This document shows positions 61,571 through 64,000 of a stretch of 64,000 nucleotides of DNA, piece by piece. Numbering within the stretch: the stretch's first letter is position 1; each line of letters starts with the position of its first letter. Under the pieces are notes generated by a model. It saw only the letters and a program-made list of their open reading frames with translations. It searched no databases and was not told the origin of the DNA. The DNA is taken from assembly GCA_036172245.1 (NCBI GenBank), contig JAYWIR010000003.1:62001-126000 (forward strand), given 5' to 3'. The translations under genes were made by a program, and so were the position numbers. This DNA is from Raillietiella orientalis. Lineage: Eukaryota.

Positions 61571-64000
61571 TAAATGGCTACTGTTGCTTCTTGCCCTGAG
61601 AAAAGGCAGCGCTGCGGCGAGGGGTGTGGAGGCAAGGATCGAAGACTTCACCATGTCCTGCATCACGACTTCCAGAGGACGTGGCAAAGGAAGGAAGGGA
61701 GGTTGCGGTGTCCAGCAGGGGTTTTCTGGAAGAATCCCAACCTCGTCGCCATGGAGACCTTCCCCAGAAGTCCCAGAAATTACCCCTTCCCTCTCGGAGG
61801 ACTCGGATGGGCCTGAAGGAAGAGATAGAGGGCACGAGACCTGCGAACTTTCCAGGGAAGTCGGCGCCTCCTCCCCTCGAGGGGAGAGAGCATCTCCCTC
61901 CCTCCCCCGCAGCAGCGCCCCTTCCAAGAGAGACTGCTGCTCGTTCCGCTCCGGGGTGCCACACTGGGTGCCATGGAGAGGTCTCCTCGTCCCTTTCTTC
62001 TCCCTTATCCTTTCCTGTTTCCAAGGCAGCACTCTGTATCTCCCCTCCCTTCCTTTCAGCAGCTCTCCGTGCAGCCTTTTCCTGATCATCCCTGCGATGG
62101 GAAGTTGGAAATCTTCCCAGAGGAGGAAAGGGGTCCTCTCCCTCCTCCTCGCCTCCATTCCTTCCCTCTGTGTTCTCGGGGGATAGGGTGGGGGAAGTAC
62201 CTAGGGAGCCTCGTGTCATCGTTGGCCGCTACACAAAGACGCAGTCCACTCGCACCACCATTCAACTTTCTGCCCAGCGGGAGCCCGGGACGTGGCGACG
62301 CTCCTCACCGCATACCCAGAGCGACCGTGTCCATGGCACCGAGTGCAGCCCCCAGAGGACTCTGCTGCTGCAGTATCTTCCCGGGGAGGGGCACGGCAGC
62401 TCAGTTTCCCGCCCGTTACGAGAGCTCGCAACGCGCCGCGGAAAAAGATAGAGCGCTGCCGGAGAGAGAGAAACCCAGAGGTCGCTTTCCCGAGCTCCAG
62501 ATGATTGGATCGGCTGCTGGGATTGCGGAGGGATGAAGGAAAGAGGAGAAGGAGGAAGGGAGGAGCCCGGGAGCTCATGAGCCCTCAGAGCGGAAACGTC
62601 CGCCGTTGTCACAGCGGCGTAGCTTCCGTGGCGATGGGCTGGTGGGAGCGCCGCCCCCGGGTGAGCTTGACCTATCCCTCGCGGCGGGTGCGGCTGCGGT
62701 GAAGCGCGTATTCCTGCCCTCAGGGGGAGGAGGGGAAGGAAACGGGTGTTCTTCCTGAGGGTTGGTGCGATCTCGCCACTCCCCGGGCGGCGCGGCACAG
62801 GAGGGAAAGTGAGCGTCCCTGGCTTCGATGCGGGGAACGTGACTTCGGGTCGGAGGGGTTTCCCAGAGAGTCCCGATCTGTGCGTCTTCCCAGGAGCCCG
62901 TCTGTCTCATCGGGCTCGCTTCCTCCTGCGAATCCCCTGCCATCCTTCCCTGCTGCGGGCTGCTCCTGTCCGGCGCAGCGCACGCCGCTCTAGGATTTGC
63001 AGCACTCCATGCGCCAGCGACCCGGAGCTCGGCTTTGTGAACGCCGGCGCGGATGCTGCGGGAACTCTCCCAACTCGCAACTGGGTGGATGGAAGACGGG
63101 TGGAGGAGCAGGAGGTAAACGAGAGGTCGCCTCCGGGTCGGAAGCATCCAAAGGAAGAGGGAGAGAGGGAACCCTGCTGGCAAGCCTTCCAGCCTCCTCC
63201 GATCCTCTGAGGTTGCGCCTGTCGCTCTGAAGGAAAGTGCCAGGAGGGGTGCGTTTCCAGGCCTGGATCTGGCGTCCCCCTTTCCCTTCCCACGCAGACG
63301 CTGGCTGAGCACGGAGCTCTCTGCCTCTCCTTCAGGGAGGGGCAGAAGCAAGGCCCCCTCTGCGGACGAAGGAGAGGACGGTCTTGGGTCCATCTCCCCC
63401 GGGGGGGATGCACCTACTCTCCACGAGGGTCCCGATGGCAGTCTGACGCCAACGGCTGCACCGCGGGATGCAGTTTCCAGGTTCCCGGAGGGCGACTCCG
63501 GGCAGCGAGAGAACGTCTTCCTCCTGGATTCCCTCCGCGACCCGAAAGGGAAGCGGGAACGAAGATTCCGTGAGTCTGAAGGGGGCGCCCCGCGATGAAG
63601 AGGAGGGAGATGAGGAACACTCTTTATTCCTGCTGTCACTTTCCCCTGGCACTGGAAGCTGAAATTTCTCCTAGGGGGAGGAGCGGAGGAGGGGAGGAAG
63701 GGGAATGGGGGGAGATGTGCTTTTTCTGGGATCTTTCTTCCTGGTACCCCTCCTCCTCTCTCTGGCGCAGCAGGAGGAAGGGCGTGTGCTGACCTCCGTG
63801 GTGCAACTTTCCGGGCGCGACCGGTCACCAGCGTGCAGGCGCCGGAATGGGAGAGGGGAAGTCAACGAAGAAGTGGGATTGCTAGGGACGGAGATCCTTG
63901 ACCTTTCCGTGCGGCGCGTCGCCGTGTCGAACGCAGGGGTCCACGGGGCCTGAGAAGGCGATCGCCGGTCTCTGCAGTCTCGGTTCATCAAGTTCGCTCC

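Overview
Eukaryotic (arthropod-like) genomic window split into sharply different compositional domains. About 1-34.4 kb and 56.3-64 kb are very GC-rich (spot counts 70-80% on individual lines). About 34.4-56.3 kb is AT-rich (spot counts 20-38%). The left GC domain holds one spliced gene, SARM1/Ect4 (ARM-SAM-SAM-TIR NADase, 10 coding exons, about 1065 aa), embedded in decayed retroelements. The AT domain holds three housekeeping genes with 40-49 nt micro-introns: a PHF20/MBD-R2-like tandem-Tudor gene (+), RpL18 (-) and CDC45 (+). Mobile DNA includes a tRNA-headed SINE family with cUUCGg hairpin subrepeats (5 copies), L1/Tx1-like, I/Jockey-like, R2-like and NeSL/Utopia-like LINE remnants, and a Tigger/pogo remnant. 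The most striking observation concerns SARM1. It keeps its catalytic TIR glutamate and its autoinhibitory WLFPLAF motif, but the ARM allosteric NMN/NAD+ pocket is changed at many ligand positions (equivalents of human Q150H, R157L, E189K, H190N, K193R, H194G, G321C). Its N-terminal extension also carries an exact 40-aa repeat. Together these suggest a SARM1 with a different activation input. All gene models were built by hand from GT-AG sites and frame continuity, and homologies come from recalled family motifs, not database searches.
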